Assembly: GCA_018817165.1 (NCBI GenBank)
Contig: JAHITY010000015.1
Location: 36,354 to 100,353 of the forward strand
Reading direction: 5' to 3'
From: Candidatus Omnitrophota bacterium
GTDB taxonomy: Bacteria > Omnitrophota > Gorgyraeia > B26-G9
DNA: 64,000 bases
Shown here: positions 39,609 to 50,899 of the stretch, one piece after another
How positions within the stretch are numbered: position 1 is the first letter of the stretch
Layout: every line of letters begins with the position of its first letter
Notes under the pieces: generated by a model
The model's database searches: none
What the model was told of the DNA's origin: nothing
Seen by the model: the letters and a program-made list of their open reading frames with translations, nothing else
Position numbers and translations under genes: made by a program

Positions 39609-40889
39609 TTAACAATTAGCAATTTTATCTTTTGTTTTTTTTAATTCACGCGCGGGAATACCAACTACTACCGTATTATCCGGGACATCTTTATTCCTCG
39701 TCACTACCGCACCAGCGCCAGTCATTGCTGATTTACCGATTTTTACCGGCGCAACTAAAATAGTCCCGGTTCCGATAAAAGCTCCTGACTTTATTACTGT
39801 CTTATGTTTATTCTTCCCGTCATAGTTCGCGACAATAGTTCCTGCCCCGATATTTACATTATCTTCTATATCAGTATCGCCAATATAACTTTGGTGTTTT
39901 ACCTTTGAAAACTCACCAATGCTTGATCGGTTAAATTCAACAAAATTACCCAAACTTACATTATTGGCGATATTTGAACCAGATCTTACGCGGCAAAAAG
40001 GTCCCAAACTGCAGTTTTCACCAACTATAACATTACTTTCAACAATCGTAAACGGATAAATAACCGTATCCTTTCCGATTTTAACAGCTTCATCAATAAA
40101 TGTAGTTTTAGGATCAAGCACAGTTACCCCAGACGCAACAATCTCCTTAAGAATTCTATTTCTGAAAATTTCATAAGCTTGCGCTAAACCTTCTCGAGAA
40201 TTTACGCCTAAAATCTCATCCTGATCCAATGTCTCTATAGCATTTATCATCTTCTTTGCCTTATTCATCACCGCGACAACATCTGTTAAATAATACTCCT
40301 TTTTCTTATTATCAGGCTTAACTTTTTTTAAAGCATCAAACAATTCATCAGCTTTAAAAACGTAAACACCAACATTTATTTCCTCGATTGCCCGTTCATA
40401 AACATTAGCATCGTTTTCCTCAACAATTTTAGCAAGATTCCCTGAATCATTCCGGACAATTCTTCCATAACCACCAGGATTATTCGTCCGGACTGTAAGC
40501 AATGTTCCCACTGCGTCATTTTCGTAATGTTTTTCCAATAAATTTTTTATAGTTGTAGAAGTAATCAGCGGCGTATCACCATAAATAATCAGTAAGCGTT
40601 GATCCTTATTTTTAAAAATTTCCTGATCATTTATTTGCCAAACCGCATCGCCTGTGCCCAGCAAATTTTTTTGCTGTACACATTTAGCTTTTTGGCCAAC
40701 ATATTTTTCCACCATTTCTGATTTATAACCAGTTATAATAAAAATGTTTTTAATTCCCGCAGCCTGAACATTGTCAATTACATGTCCCAGCATTGGTTTA
40801 CTTCCCATTTTATGCAAAATTTTCGGAAGATTTGAATTCATTCTGGTGCCTTCACCAGCAGCTAATATAACCGCACTAATATTTTCCAT
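39609..40889 (-). CDS. glmU: Bifunctional GlcNAc-1-P uridyltransferase / GlcN-1-P acetyltransferase
   Basis: N-terminal AVILAAGEGTRM nucleotidyltransferase motif and a C-terminal hexapeptide beta-helix. Confidence 0.85.
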   Translation of the reverse strand: MENISAVILAAGEGTRMNSNLPKILHKMGSKPMLGHVIDNVQAAGIKNIFIITGYKSEMVEKYVGQKAKCVQQKNLLGTGDAVWQINDQEIFKNKDQRLLIIYGDTPLITSTTIKNLLEKHYENDAVGTLLTVRTNNPGGYGRIVRNDSGNLAKIVEENDANVYERAIEEINVGVYVFKADELFDALKKVKPDNKKKEYYLTDVVAVMNKAKKMINAIETLDQDEILGVNSREGLAQAYEIFRNRILKEIVASGVTVLDPKTTFIDEAVKIGKDTVIYPFTIVESNVIVGENCSLGPFCRVRSGSNIANNVSLGNFVEFNRSSIGEFSKVKHQSYIGDTDIEDNVNIGAGTIVANYDGKNKHKTVIKSGAFIGTGTILVAPVKIGKSAMTGAGAVVTRNKDVPDNTVVVGIPARELKKTKDKIANC

Positions 40890-40995
40890 ATTTACCTGAT
40901 TTGTTGAATTTTATTGTGATAACCATTCCTAATTTTAAAGCAAAAAAACTATTGCTACCTTAACTATCCTAAGTTAAGCAGCCTGAATATAAAAA

Positions 40996-41070
40996 TGGCT
41001 GCCCGGCATGGACTCGAACCATGAACAAAAGATCCAAATTCTTTCGTGTTGCCAATTACACCACCGGGCA
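40996..41070 (-). tRNA. tRNA-Gln (anticodon TTG). CCA is encoded.
   Basis: The reverse complement TGCCCGGTGGTGTAATTGGCAACACGAAAGAATTTGGATCTTTTGTTCATGGTTCGAGTCCATGCCGGGCAGCCA has the anticodon loop ATTTGGA. Confidence 0.8.
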
Positions 41071-41098
41071 ATTTTTTATTAAATTAATTTTATAACAA

Positions 41099-41533
41099 TT
41101 AACCCATTAAGTCATGACTATGTTCCAAGTCATGACCTTCAATTCCCGGGTCCTTTGCAGCTTCAATATCATAAGCCTCTAAAACTTTTTTTTGTATATA
41201 TTCCCTGCAATCCGGAGTTATCGGATGTGCAATATCTTTATGCTCTGTCTGACGAGCTTCTTCTGGAGTTTGAACTGGCTTTAACTGTTGGTTCTCTATA
41301 TTTGCGCTGCACTGATTACAATACTTACTGCGTACTACATTGCGATGTCCACACGCAGGACAAGTTATTTTCATTTTCGCTGATGGCATGGCAACAAATA
41401 ATCCCTTGCTGCCCTCAATTACTTTCACGTCTCTAACAACAAAACAATTATCAAACGTTACGGTAACATAAGCTTTTAATTTCTTATTACTGTCCTTATT
41501 ACGCAAAAATACTCTGACCTCAGTAACTTCCAT
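41099..41533 (-). CDS. spoVG: SpoVG-family protein with an inserted C4 zinc ribbon
   Basis: MEVTEVRV...[21 protein letters not shown]...DIAHPIT matches the SpoVG core. A ~45-aa insertion containing [18 protein letters not shown] replaces the short canonical loop. Confidence 0.7.
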   Translation of the reverse strand: MEVTEVRVFLRNKDSNKKLKAYVTVTFDNCFVVRDVKVIEGSKGLFVAMPSAKMKITCPACGHRNVVRSKYCNQCSANIENQQLKPVQTPEEARQTEHKDIAHPITPDCREYIQKKVLEAYDIEAAKDPGIEGHDLEHSHDLMG

Positions 41534-41565
41534 CTTCGAACCACTCCTTTCCAAGATGCACGCAG

Positions 41566-42408
41566 TTATAGACTTCTTACCACCATTGTTTCATAAGCGC
41601 CCTGAAACTCCTTCTTTAGCTTTATCGCCTCCTCTCGAGAATTGATCAAACCAAAAATTACTGATCCGCTCCCAGACATTAAAACCGCCCTCACGCCACG
41701 GGCGGATATCATTTGTTTTATCTTTTTAAGTTGCTTATACTGTTTAAAAACAACTGATTCTAGTCGGTTAAACAGTGTTTTTTCAATCAGTTCCATTCTT
41801 TTGCTTTTAACTGCATGAACCAGCAGTTTAACATCATTTTTCTGCCTTGTCAAGCTTGAGGATAACCCGCAATAAGCCTTTTGGGTAGAAACTGAAATGT
41901 CTGGTTTTACCAACAATATCCAAAATCTATACCCAATATCTATAGGAGTTAATTTATCGCCCCTTGCTTTACCGATTGCCGCATTACAATTTGTGATAAA
42001 AACCGGCACATCCGCCCCAATTTTTTTAGCCAAAGCCAATAATTCCTTTTGCTCTAAGCCTAATTTCCATAGTTTATTAAGCCCCAACAAAGCAGCCGCG
42101 GCATCACTAGATCCACCGCCCAAACCGGCAAATACAGGGATCTTTTTCTGAATTCTAATGTGCACACCTTTATCTGTCCCAGTTTTCTGCTGTAAGAGCT
42201 TTGCCGCTTTGTAAACAAGATTTGTCTGATCTTCGGGGACATCCGGATGCGAACAACTGATTTTAATCCCTTTTTTAATTAATTTAAAGGTCAGCTTATC
42301 AAAAAGCCCTATTTTCAAGAATAAAGTTTCGATATTATGATAACCGTCTTTGCGTTTATCCAAAACTTCCAAAAATAAATTTATTTTTGCCGGCGTCTTA
42401 ATAATCAT
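41566..42408 (-). CDS. ispE: 4-diphosphocytidyl-2-C-methyl-D-erythritol kinase
   Basis: [10 protein letters not shown]...DGYH and a GHMP kinase motif ([11 protein letters not shown]). Confidence 0.8.
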   Translation of the reverse strand: MIIKTPAKINLFLEVLDKRKDGYHNIETLFLKIGLFDKLTFKLIKKGIKISCSHPDVPEDQTNLVYKAAKLLQQKTGTDKGVHIRIQKKIPVFAGLGGGSSDAAAALLGLNKLWKLGLEQKELLALAKKIGADVPVFITNCNAAIGKARGDKLTPIDIGYRFWILLVKPDISVSTQKAYCGLSSSLTRQKNDVKLLVHAVKSKRMELIEKTLFNRLESVVFKQYKQLKKIKQMISARGVRAVLMSGSGSVIFGLINSREEAIKLKKEFQGAYETMVVRSL

Positions 42409-42410
42409 AA

Positions 42411-43349
42411 TTATTTATTTAACATTTTCATCACAGAACGAACAATATCTTCTGGCTGCAAACCATACTCTTTAAGCAAATCCTTTTCATTCCCGGATTG
42501 CCCGAATCTGTTCCTAACCCCAATCCTGGCAAGAGGAATAGCACAAGCGCATTCAGCAACCACTTCCTCAATCGCGCAACCAAGTCCTCCAGTAATCGAA
42601 TGCTCTTCACAAACTATCATTGCCTTTGTTTTTTTGGTCATTTCTTTGATAATTGATTGATCGATTGGTTTAATCGTATGCATATTAATCACCGTGGCTT
42701 TAATATTATTTTTTTCAAGTTCCACAGCAGCATCCATTGCGAATTTTGTCATAATTCCACAAGCAAAAATCGATACATCTTCCCCCTGTCTTAACACTTC
42801 TGCTTTGCCTAATTCAAAAGGCCTCTTATGCTCAACAGTCGGAACTTTTGATCTGCCCAGACGGATATATACTGGTCCGGTTATATCCAGTGACGCTTTT
42901 ATCGCATCTTTTGTCTGGGGACCATCACAAGGGACAATAACAGTCATATTCGGAATTACCCGCATTATCGCGATATCCTCTAAAGCCTGATGAGTCGCCC
43001 CATCTGGACCAACGGTTATTCCGGCATGAGTTGCCACAATTTTCACATTAAGCTTGCTGTAACATATTGAATTTCGCACCTGATCCCAGGCTCTTCCGGT
43101 TGCAAACATAGCAAAAGTTGAAGCAAAAACAATTTTCCCACAACTAGCCAATCCGGCCGCCGCGCCCATCATATTCTGCTCGGCAACTCCAAAATTAAAA
43201 AATCTATCAGGGAATTCACAAGCAAAAAAAGATGTTCTGGTTGAGCCGGATAAATCAGCGTCTAAAACAACGATATCTTTATTTTCTTTGCCTAATTCAA
43301 TTAATGTTTTTCCATAAACATCACGCTGGTACAGCATTTCATTACTCAT
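42411..43349 (-). CDS. Transketolase, C-terminal (pyrimidine-binding) subunit
   Basis: One half of a split transketolase. It has a 1-deoxyxylulose-5-phosphate-synthase/transketolase-like pyrimidine domain and a C-terminal domain. Confidence 0.85.
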   Translation of the reverse strand: MSNEMLYQRDVYGKTLIELGKENKDIVVLDADLSGSTRTSFFACEFPDRFFNFGVAEQNMMGAAAGLASCGKIVFASTFAMFATGRAWDQVRNSICYSKLNVKIVATHAGITVGPDGATHQALEDIAIMRVIPNMTVIVPCDGPQTKDAIKASLDITGPVYIRLGRSKVPTVEHKRPFELGKAEVLRQGEDVSIFACGIMTKFAMDAAVELEKNNIKATVINMHTIKPIDQSIIKEMTKKTKAMIVCEEHSITGGLGCAIEEVVAECACAIPLARIGVRNRFGQSGNEKDLLKEYGLQPEDIVRSVMKMLNK

Positions 43350-44154
43350 CCGATAACTCCTTTAATGCGATTACTTCTTCCTCTTTTGTTGGGGCAACTC
43401 CATGAAAATTAACTACATTCTCCATAAAAGAAACATCTTTTCCCTTTACGGTATGGGCAATTATAATGCTTGGTTTACCCTTGAAATTTTTTGCCTGTTC
43501 AAAAGCATCGAGAATCTGTTTAATATCATGGCCATTAATATCAATTACATTCCAGCCAAAAGCTTTCCATTTATCGCCAATCGGCTCAATATTCATTACA
43601 TCTTTAATACATCCATCAATTTGAAATCCGTTTTGATCAAGAATCGCGCAAATATTATCTGCCTTAAAATGGGCTGCGGCCATTGCCGCTTCCCAAATAT
43701 TCCCTTCCTGAATCTCGCCATCTCCCATCAGACAATATACGCGATAATCTTTTTTATCGATTTTAGCAGCTAATGACATTCCCAAAGAAACAGATAATCC
43801 CTGACCTAAGGAACCGCTGGCAACATCAATTCCCGGAACATTCACATCCGGATGCCCCTGCAACAAAGCACCAAAATTACGCAAACTATCCAGATGCTCA
43901 CGCTCAAAATATCCGCACTCAGCCAAAGCAACATACCATATCGGACAACAATGTCCTTTGGACATGTGAAATCTATCTCGATCCGGCCATTTTGGATCAG
44001 CCGAATTATGCCTCAAAACTTTAAAAAACAAACAAGTTAAAATATCAGTAGCGGATAATGACCCTCCGGGATGTCCTGATTGTGCTTTGGTTAGCATCTT
44101 AATTACATCCCGCCTCATTTGTTTTGCTTTTTTCTCTAATTGCTTGATTTCCAC
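43342..44154 (-). CDS. Transketolase, N-terminal (TPP-binding) subunit
   Basis: GHPGGSLS and GDGE thiamine-diphosphate motifs. Confidence 0.85.
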   Translation of the reverse strand: MEIKQLEKKAKQMRRDVIKMLTKAQSGHPGGSLSATDILTCLFFKVLRHNSADPKWPDRDRFHMSKGHCCPIWYVALAECGYFEREHLDSLRNFGALLQGHPDVNVPGIDVASGSLGQGLSVSLGMSLAAKIDKKDYRVYCLMGDGEIQEGNIWEAAMAAAHFKADNICAILDQNGFQIDGCIKDVMNIEPIGDKWKAFGWNVIDINGHDIKQILDAFEQAKNFKGKPSIIIAHTVKGKDVSFMENVVNFHGVAPTKEEEVIALKELSDE

Positions 44155-44213
44155 CGATAAACTCCTTTTTACTGTTACTAACTCAATTATTAATTTACTT
44201 TTAAAAATTCATT

Positions 44214-45095
44214 CTAATCATAATATGGCAATGTCAATAATTCCGCGACATCAACATTTCGATATTCTTTAAGTTCCTCTTTTTCAAAAACAACAAAATT
44301 TCTCAGCAGTTCATTTTTTACGATTATTTGATTAAATCCGCTAAATTTATACTGCGCCAGAACCTCATCGACCATATTCAAAATTATCGGAACGTAAATC
44401 TTATTAAACCTCAGATTATTGCTTATTGACAAAGAATAAAAAAACAGCTGTTTATCTTGGTTAAACGATCCGGAAACCTTCGCCTTATTAACTACGGAGG
44501 AATTTAATTCAAGATTTACCCTTTGCGAAATTTGCTCTGCCAAAAATTTTGGTAAGGTCATTTCTTCAATATTAAAATTAAAAAAAGCTTCTTTAATCAA
44601 TTCAGGATTAAAATTTACCTGCCACAATATTCTTTTACGATACTCTTCTCTGCCTATCCAGCCATTCATAAATTTGTAAACATCATCCATGTACCGGACT
44701 AAAATCACTTCCGCGGCAGTGACCTTAACATCGGCAGCAATAATTGTATAAAAATCTACCTCCGCGTCAGTACTAAAGAGCAATCGTGATGTACTCAGGA
44801 TAACATTTTCAATTTTACTTACCGCCTCAGGCAAAATATCCATATTAGAATTAAACAATTCATTTAGCGGTATAAACACAACTATGTTACGACCGATCAG
44901 CTTTACCTGGACATCAATATCATATGTTTTTTTACAAAGATCAATTAATGAACCCTCAAGTTTTTCTTTAGGATAAGTAGGCGCGCAGCCACTAGTGTTA
45001 AAAATCAGCAAAGAAATTAGGATTAAAAGACTAAGTCTTTTCTTTTCCTGGAGAAACCTTGCCGAACTCTTTAAAAATAGCTTCAATATCGTCAT
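44214..45095 (-). CDS. Hypothetical lipoprotein
   Basis: Signal peptide with a lipobox (LIFNTSGC). No recognisable domain. The start overlaps the ftsH-like 3' end by 65 nt, so an alternative start codon is likely. Confidence 0.4.
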   Translation of the reverse strand: MTILKLFLKSSARFLQEKKRLSLLILISLLIFNTSGCAPTYPKEKLEGSLIDLCKKTYDIDVQVKLIGRNIVVFIPLNELFNSNMDILPEAVSKIENVILSTSRLLFSTDAEVDFYTIIAADVKVTAAEVILVRYMDDVYKFMNGWIGREEYRKRILWQVNFNPELIKEAFFNFNIEEMTLPKFLAEQISQRVNLELNSSVVNKAKVSGSFNQDKQLFFYSLSISNNLRFNKIYVPIILNMVDEVLAQYKFSGFNQIIVKNELLRNFVVFEKEELKEYRNVDVAELLTLPYYD

Positions 45096-46656
45096 ATTCT
45101 AATTCTTCTTTTTCTAATAATTCATTAGCAAATCTATCTAAAATAACTTTTTCTTTATTCAAAAGGTTCTGAACTTCTTTTAAGCTATTTTGCAATATTT
45201 GATTTGTTTCTTCATTCAAACGCTGTTTAAGCGATTCTGATAATTGATCTGTTGGGATTTGATCATAATCGCCAATATGTCCGGACAGCCCCATTCCATA
45301 GCACCAAACCATTTGATGAGCCCAATACATAGCCTTTTTAAAATCACCGGAAACTCCTAATGTGGTAATCCCAAATTGGATTTTTTCAGCAGCATATCCC
45401 GCCAAGGAAACTTTTATTTGAGCCATAACGTGATTCAAATTCATTCCAACATATTCCTCACGAGCCTGATGATGAACTACACCCAAAGTACCTTTCCTTG
45501 GAATAATTGAAGCTTTAAACACATCATTATAAGGATGGAGAAAAAAAGTCGCGATAAGATGTCCGGCTTCATGATAAGCCGTCATCATTCGTTCTTTGTC
45601 AGTCATTTTCATTCTATGCTTAAGTCCAAGATCAATTCGTTCCATTGCTTCACTTAATTCTTTATGTGAAATCATTTCCATTTTATTTCTGGCCGCAACT
45701 AGCGCAGATTCACGAACTATATTCTCAATATCAGCTGGAGTCTTTCCGACAGCTTGGCGAGCAAGTTTTTTAACATCAAGATCCGGTACGCATTTCACCT
45801 TATTAAGATAATATTTAAAAATCGCTTCTCTTTGGTCTGAATCCGGCAGACTAAAATAAATTTTTCGGTCAAATCTTCCCGGCCGCATTAAAGCAGCATC
45901 TAAATGTCCTTCCGCGGCATTCGTCGCTCCGATTATAACAATGTTAGCAGTTCCAGTAACACCATCAAGCTCAACTAAAAGTTGGTTTAAGGTATTATTA
46001 GATTCTTGCCCTCCACCCATACTAAAAGAACGCGCTCTGCCTACAGCATCAATTTCATCAATAAAAATTATACAACCTCCGTTAGCATAAGCAAGACGAC
46101 GCGCCTTATGAAACATTTTTCTAACACGGCTTGCCCCAACGCCAACAAACATTTCGACAAACTCACTTCCTGCCATACTCAAAAATGGTACTCCTGTTTC
46201 AGTAGCTATAGCTTTTGCTAAATATGTTTTTCCGCATCCAGGAGGTCCAACCATCAAAATTCCTTTTATAAACTGCGCTCCCATATTCTTCAGGGATGTC
46301 CGATCCAGAAGCAATTGAGTTACTTCTCTTGCTTCTTCCACCGCTTGATCGATACCTATAACATCAGAGAATTTAATCGCTACTTTGGTTGGATCAACTT
46401 TTTGGGTCTTCATTTTGCCCATATAACCAAACATAACCGAAACATATATAAACGCGCCAATTGCCGCGCTAATCAGCATGATTAACATCTGCAAAGGCAT
46501 GCTCGCTAATATCGATGTCCTGGCATATGATTCAAGACGCGATATACCCACAGCAGATAAACCGATCAATACCAATGCGACAGAAATAATAAGTATCGCT
46601 ATCCAATAATCCTCAAGAAAGATTTTTATTTTTCTTAAGATTGTAATTTTGTTCAT
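45031..46656 (-). CDS. FtsH-family AAA+ zinc metalloprotease paralog with a minimal periplasmic loop
   Basis: Walker A GPPGCGKT, a second region of homology, and HEAGH zinc motif. Two TM helices are separated by only ~15 residues. Confidence 0.8.
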   Translation of the reverse strand: MNKITILRKIKIFLEDYWIAILIISVALVLIGLSAVGISRLESYARTSILASMPLQMLIMLISAAIGAFIYVSVMFGYMGKMKTQKVDPTKVAIKFSDVIGIDQAVEEAREVTQLLLDRTSLKNMGAQFIKGILMVGPPGCGKTYLAKAIATETGVPFLSMAGSEFVEMFVGVGASRVRKMFHKARRLAYANGGCIIFIDEIDAVGRARSFSMGGGQESNNTLNQLLVELDGVTGTANIVIIGATNAAEGHLDAALMRPGRFDRKIYFSLPDSDQREAIFKYYLNKVKCVPDLDVKKLARQAVGKTPADIENIVRESALVAARNKMEMISHKELSEAMERIDLGLKHRMKMTDKERMMTAYHEAGHLIATFFLHPYNDVFKASIIPRKGTLGVVHHQAREEYVGMNLNHVMAQIKVSLAGYAAEKIQFGITTLGVSGDFKKAMYWAHQMVWCYGMGLSGHIGDYDQIPTDQLSESLKQRLNEETNQILQNSLKEVQNLLNKEKVILDRFANELLEKEELEYDDIEAIFKEFGKVSPGKEKT

Positions 46657-46670
46657 ACTGCCCCCTTTTA

Positions 46671-48236
46671 TTATTTATCCTGAACTGGATTACCTTGCAG
46701 CAAATCAAGCTTTTTCTGAACATCTTTTTGCTTAGGATCAAGCTCAAGCGACTTTTCCCATTGCGCCTTAGCTTTATCTTTTAAGTTTTTTTGAAAATAA
46801 ATATCACCTAAATGATCATGGATTACCGGATCAGAACTTAATGCTAAAACAGCTTTCTCCAGCAGTTCCTGAGCTTTTATTAATTCGCCTTTTTTGTAAT
46901 AAGCCCATCCCAGCGAATCAATATACGCCCCATTTTCCGGATCAATTTTTAAAGCATTATTTATCAGTTGAATAGCCTTTTCAAGATTTTTACCTTCTTC
47001 TACATACATATATCCCAAATAATTACTCGCATCAGCATTATTTGGATTTAGCTCTAAAGTCTTAACAAACTGTTTTTTTGCCGATTCCCGTTTACCTTGT
47101 TTCTCATATAAAGCACCCAGATAAAAATAAACAAGTTCATCATTAGGGTTAATTTCAATTGCTTTCGCGTAAAATTGCTCAGCTTGGATGTAAGATTCCT
47201 TTAAACTATAGGCTAATCCTAACAACAGATACAATCGAGATTTATCTTTTAGTAATGGTTCAGCATCAGATAATACCTCAATTGCCTGATCTGTTTTGTC
47301 TTGTTTGAGATAAATATGCGCTATTTCAAAATAAGTATCAATAACTCTGGGATTAAGCACTAAAACTTGCTTAAATTTTTCCAAAGCATCACCGAGCATA
47401 TTACGCTTAACATAAATCTGGCCCAATCGAAAATATGCCAAACCATTAGTTGGATCCAATGCAACCGCCTGTTCATAAGCTTGCTGCGATTTCGCGATTT
47501 CATTCTCCAATTCATATACAAGCCCTAAGCCCAAATAAGCTTCAATATAATCAGGAGATATCTTAATTGTTTTTTCTAAATATGTAATCGCCAGATCATA
47601 TTTATCGATTTGACTATTTAACATCCCCAAATTAAAATAAACATAGGGGAGATTAATTTCCTTCTCAGCCAGAGTTTCATAAACAAAGATTGCTTTATCA
47701 AAATTATGACCTAGAACATATAAGTCAGCTAAGCTAAGTTGCGCTTGATTATTTTCCGGATCAAGTTCAATCGCTTGTTCATAAAACTTTTCCGCTTTGC
47801 TAAGTTCTCCCAAAGATGTGTAAATCAGCCCCAAAAGTAATCTAACTCTAATATCATCCGGTGAATAATCCAACACTTTTTCAAACTGAGCTATCGCATT
47901 ATTAAAATCGCCCTTTTTGAAATATGTTATCCCCAGTTTAACAAAAATAGCTGAAGATTTTTTATCAAAATTACCGGCTGACTGATATTCTTTTATTGCT
48001 AACTCCAGCTGATTTTCTTTTTCATATAAAAGCCCACGCAAATAGTGTGCGTAGGCTTTTGAGAACAAGTTTTTTTCCCCTGCTAAGCTTTTCGATTCAA
48101 TAATTGGATGCTTATAATTTGATTTATTGAAGCTCCTGCCCAATGATTTATTATGGGAAGAACAACCATTTAAGATAAAACAAAGGGTTAACAGCAATAA
48201 TATCACACCGCAAGCAAATCGCTTATCAGATCTCAT
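46671..48236 (-). CDS. TPR-repeat lipoprotein
   Basis: Lipobox LNGCSS followed by ~12 tandem 34-aa TPR units. Confidence 0.7.
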   Translation of the reverse strand: MRSDKRFACGVILLLLTLCFILNGCSSHNKSLGRSFNKSNYKHPIIESKSLAGEKNLFSKAYAHYLRGLLYEKENQLELAIKEYQSAGNFDKKSSAIFVKLGITYFKKGDFNNAIAQFEKVLDYSPDDIRVRLLLGLIYTSLGELSKAEKFYEQAIELDPENNQAQLSLADLYVLGHNFDKAIFVYETLAEKEINLPYVYFNLGMLNSQIDKYDLAITYLEKTIKISPDYIEAYLGLGLVYELENEIAKSQQAYEQAVALDPTNGLAYFRLGQIYVKRNMLGDALEKFKQVLVLNPRVIDTYFEIAHIYLKQDKTDQAIEVLSDAEPLLKDKSRLYLLLGLAYSLKESYIQAEQFYAKAIEINPNDELVYFYLGALYEKQGKRESAKKQFVKTLELNPNNADASNYLGYMYVEEGKNLEKAIQLINNALKIDPENGAYIDSLGWAYYKKGELIKAQELLEKAVLALSSDPVIHDHLGDIYFQKNLKDKAKAQWEKSLELDPKQKDVQKKLDLLQGNPVQDK

Positions 48237-48375
48237 TACAATATAGGCCTTTATGAGTTCTTTTTCTTATGTCTATCTCTTCTTAATCTCTTTTTTCTTT
48301 TATGAGTAGATATTTTTTTTCTTTTTCTTTTTCTTCCGCAAGGCATTCTAATTCCTCCTTCAAGGTGTATTCCGC

Positions 48376-49263
48376 TTAGGGTATTACTTTTGTCAAATTA
48401 TACTCAATTATATCTTCAGCACCCGCTTTTTTTAATTTCTGAATTAATTCTCTTACAGCTTTTTCATCAGCAATAATTTCAATCGCATACCAATCTTTTC
48501 GGGAAAGATGCGATATTGTCGGATTTCGCATTGATGGCAGCAAAGCAAGTATATTTTTAAGATTTTCTTCACTTGCATTTAATTTTAATCCTACTTTATC
48601 TTCAGCTAAGATAGCGCCCTTTAACAACATTGCGATGTTTTCAATTTTTTCTCTTTTCCAAGCATCTTTCCAAGCATCTTTATTAGCAATCAACTGCGTA
48701 ACGCTTTCACATAAAGTATCAATGATTTTAAGATTATGCGCCCGCAAACTCGATCCTGTCTCGGTAAGCTCAACTATAGCATCAACTAATTCCGGCACCT
48801 TAGCCTCAGTAGCGCCCCAACTAAATTCAACCTCCGCCTTGACCTTATTTTTTTTCAGATAATTTTTGGTGACATTGACTAGTTCAGTAGCCAACCTTTT
48901 ACCTTGCAAGTCTTTAACACTTTTAATTTTTGAATCATTCGGCACGACAAGTACCCAACGAACAGGAGTTTTCCCCTGTTTGGCATACATTAAATCAGCA
49001 GCCACTACAACTTTTGCATTATTTTCCAAAATCCAATCAGCACCGGTAATTCCGCAATCCAAAACACCATTTTCAATATATCGCGGAAGCTCCTGCGCTC
49101 TTAAAAGCACTGTTTCGATTTCCGGGTCATCGATTCTAGGAAAATATGAACGGCTGGAAACACTCACCGAAAATCCCGCTTTCTTCAACATACGTAGGGT
49201 TGATTCCTGCAAACTTCCTTTGGGCAATCCAATTCTTAATTTTTTCTTCATTTCCCTCACCAT
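48376..49263 (-). CDS. hisG: ATP phosphoribosyltransferase (long form)
   Basis: [10 protein letters not shown] at the N-terminus and a C-terminal regulatory domain. No other his genes are nearby. Confidence 0.8.
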   Translation of the reverse strand: MVREMKKKLRIGLPKGSLQESTLRMLKKAGFSVSVSSRSYFPRIDDPEIETVLLRAQELPRYIENGVLDCGITGADWILENNAKVVVAADLMYAKQGKTPVRWVLVVPNDSKIKSVKDLQGKRLATELVNVTKNYLKKNKVKAEVEFSWGATEAKVPELVDAIVELTETGSSLRAHNLKIIDTLCESVTQLIANKDAWKDAWKREKIENIAMLLKGAILAEDKVGLKLNASEENLKNILALLPSMRNPTISHLSRKDWYAIEIIADEKAVRELIQKLKKAGAEDIIEYNLTKVIP

Positions 49264-49396
49264 TGTTTGAATAGTTAAATTTTAATTTCTTTATATTCTA
49301 TATGTTAATCTTAGAAATGTCAATATAAACCCCGATATAAAAAGTCACCGCTAACTTAAACAACCGCATTATTTAAGCAAAACAGTGACTCTTTGA

Positions 49397-50308
49397 TTAA
49401 ACTTCCCATTGTTTATGAATCCAATTAACCCATTGCCCGGGATATTGCCGAATATATTTCTCAATAATATCAATAGTATTCTGCAGATTCACTTTTATAT
49501 CTCTTTGCATATCTCCAGAAATATCCATTGTCAGCTGGGGTTCAATTTTAATAATGTGATTATTATTTTGTTTTCTGATTATGAACATCGGGACTACTGC
49601 CGCTTTAGTACTTAGAGCTAGTTTAATCGGTCCGCTAGCAACCATCGCCGGCCGGCCAAAAAAGTTAATCTTAAGTCCTTCTTTGCCAAAATTCTGATCC
49701 ATCTCAATTATTAAAAGCTGGTTGCGGTCAAGAGTTTGAATACAGCGACGCATACAAGTTACTATGGGACGATTAAATATAACTTTTTGTCCTACTTGTC
49801 GACAGAAATCCATCATGATTTTTTCCACCCGCTTATTCCGAGCATGCCTGGCAACAAAAGTAGATTTATAACCCATTGAACTTAAAAGACCACCCATTAA
49901 AGTAAAACTACCTAAATGCGCGCTTGCGCAAATTACTCCTTTACCTTGGCTTAAAGCTTTTTCCAAATGCTCAATTCCCTCAACTTCAATAGACTCAGTC
50001 AACTGCTGTTTAGAAAAATCCTTATATCTTACAGTATCCAATACTATATGCCCCATAGTATTAAAACTCTGGCTTGCGATAAGGTTTAATTCTGGCTTGG
50101 AAAAAGAGTTGCCCAGAGCACTGCGCAGGTTCATAAGCGCGATTTTTCTATTTTTCCCGGCACAAATATAGTAAGTTCGGCTCAAAATGCTACCAATAAA
50201 ATAAGTTATCCCCCGAGGGAAAAATCTAATTGTACCCACTAGAAATTGAAGCCCGACGACACTAAGGAAAGAAGCGATTTTTTTCTTTAATATTTTCTTC
50301 ATCGCCAT
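49397..50308 (-). CDS. Lipid A biosynthesis late acyltransferase (LpxL/HtrB family)
   Basis: N-terminal TM anchor and an HX4D-like acyltransferase block (AHLGSFT...). Length 303 aa. Confidence 0.65.
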   Translation of the reverse strand: MAMKKILKKKIASFLSVVGLQFLVGTIRFFPRGITYFIGSILSRTYYICAGKNRKIALMNLRSALGNSFSKPELNLIASQSFNTMGHIVLDTVRYKDFSKQQLTESIEVEGIEHLEKALSQGKGVICASAHLGSFTLMGGLLSSMGYKSTFVARHARNKRVEKIMMDFCRQVGQKVIFNRPIVTCMRRCIQTLDRNQLLIIEMDQNFGKEGLKINFFGRPAMVASGPIKLALSTKAAVVPMFIIRKQNNNHIIKIEPQLTMDISGDMQRDIKVNLQNTIDIIEKYIRQYPGQWVNWIHKQWEV

Positions 50309-50346
50309 AGAATACTATAAATATATAATAAGGTCAATATTAAAAA

Positions 50347-50434
50347 GGACACAAGGTCACAAGGACACAAGGTCACAAGGACACAAGGTCACAAGGACAC
50401 AAGGTCACAAGGACACAAGGTCACAAGGTACAAG
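50347..50434. repeat. Tandem array of (GGACACAA GGTCACAA) x5 plus one degenerate unit
   Basis: Perfect alternation of two 8-mers that differ at position 3 (A/T). It lies 40 nt upstream of the lpxL-family start codon. Confidence 0.85.
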
Positions 50435-50869
50435 TTCGTAAAGTTGAAAGTTTATAAAGTGAAAAGTATGTTTGGATGATGGTCAATGGTCGATAGCTAA
50501 GGGTCAAAAGTAAAAAAGTAAATGCGCAAAGCTACCTTTGTGAAAGATGATTGGGAAATTTTTAAGCTTCTCACAAATTTAGGTAAATATGTGACGTATT
50601 TTTGGGGACCCTTTAGGGCACGAGGACCTGTCTGAGCCCTTGCAACTTAAGAAAAGCGGTACGCCAACTTTTAAGGGCGAGTTCCGCAAGTGCCAGAAAT
50701 ACGACACGGATTTGCCAATCTTGCTGTTTTATAGCAAGAAAATTTGTGTCAGCGTAAAATTTGTTAATCATCTTGAGTCCAGAGAACAGCAGATAGAAAA
50801 AAACTAGAAACTAGTAACTCGTAATCCATAACTAATAATTCATAACTAATAACTTTAAACTCATAACAG

Positions 50870-50899
50870 TTGACAAAATATTCTCAACTGTGTTAAAGT
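50870..50899 (+). promoter_or_regulatory. Candidate promoter for the oxidoreductase-lpxB operon
   Basis: TTGACA (50870-50875), an 18-nt spacer, then TGtTAAAGT (extended -10 at 50891-50899). The ATG is at 50909, which implies a near-leaderless transcript. Confidence 0.35.

Noticed and set aside
42411-44154. Split transketolase as a pseudogenised or frameshifted tkt
   Set aside because: Two-subunit transketolases are a known natural arrangement. Both halves are intact with their own start codons, with a 8-nt overlap.
50347-50434. Octamer tandem array as a CRISPR or mobile-element terminus
   Set aside because: The unit is only 8 bp with no unique spacers. There are no flanking inverted repeats, transposase or integrase genes. 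It is a microsatellite-type repeat.
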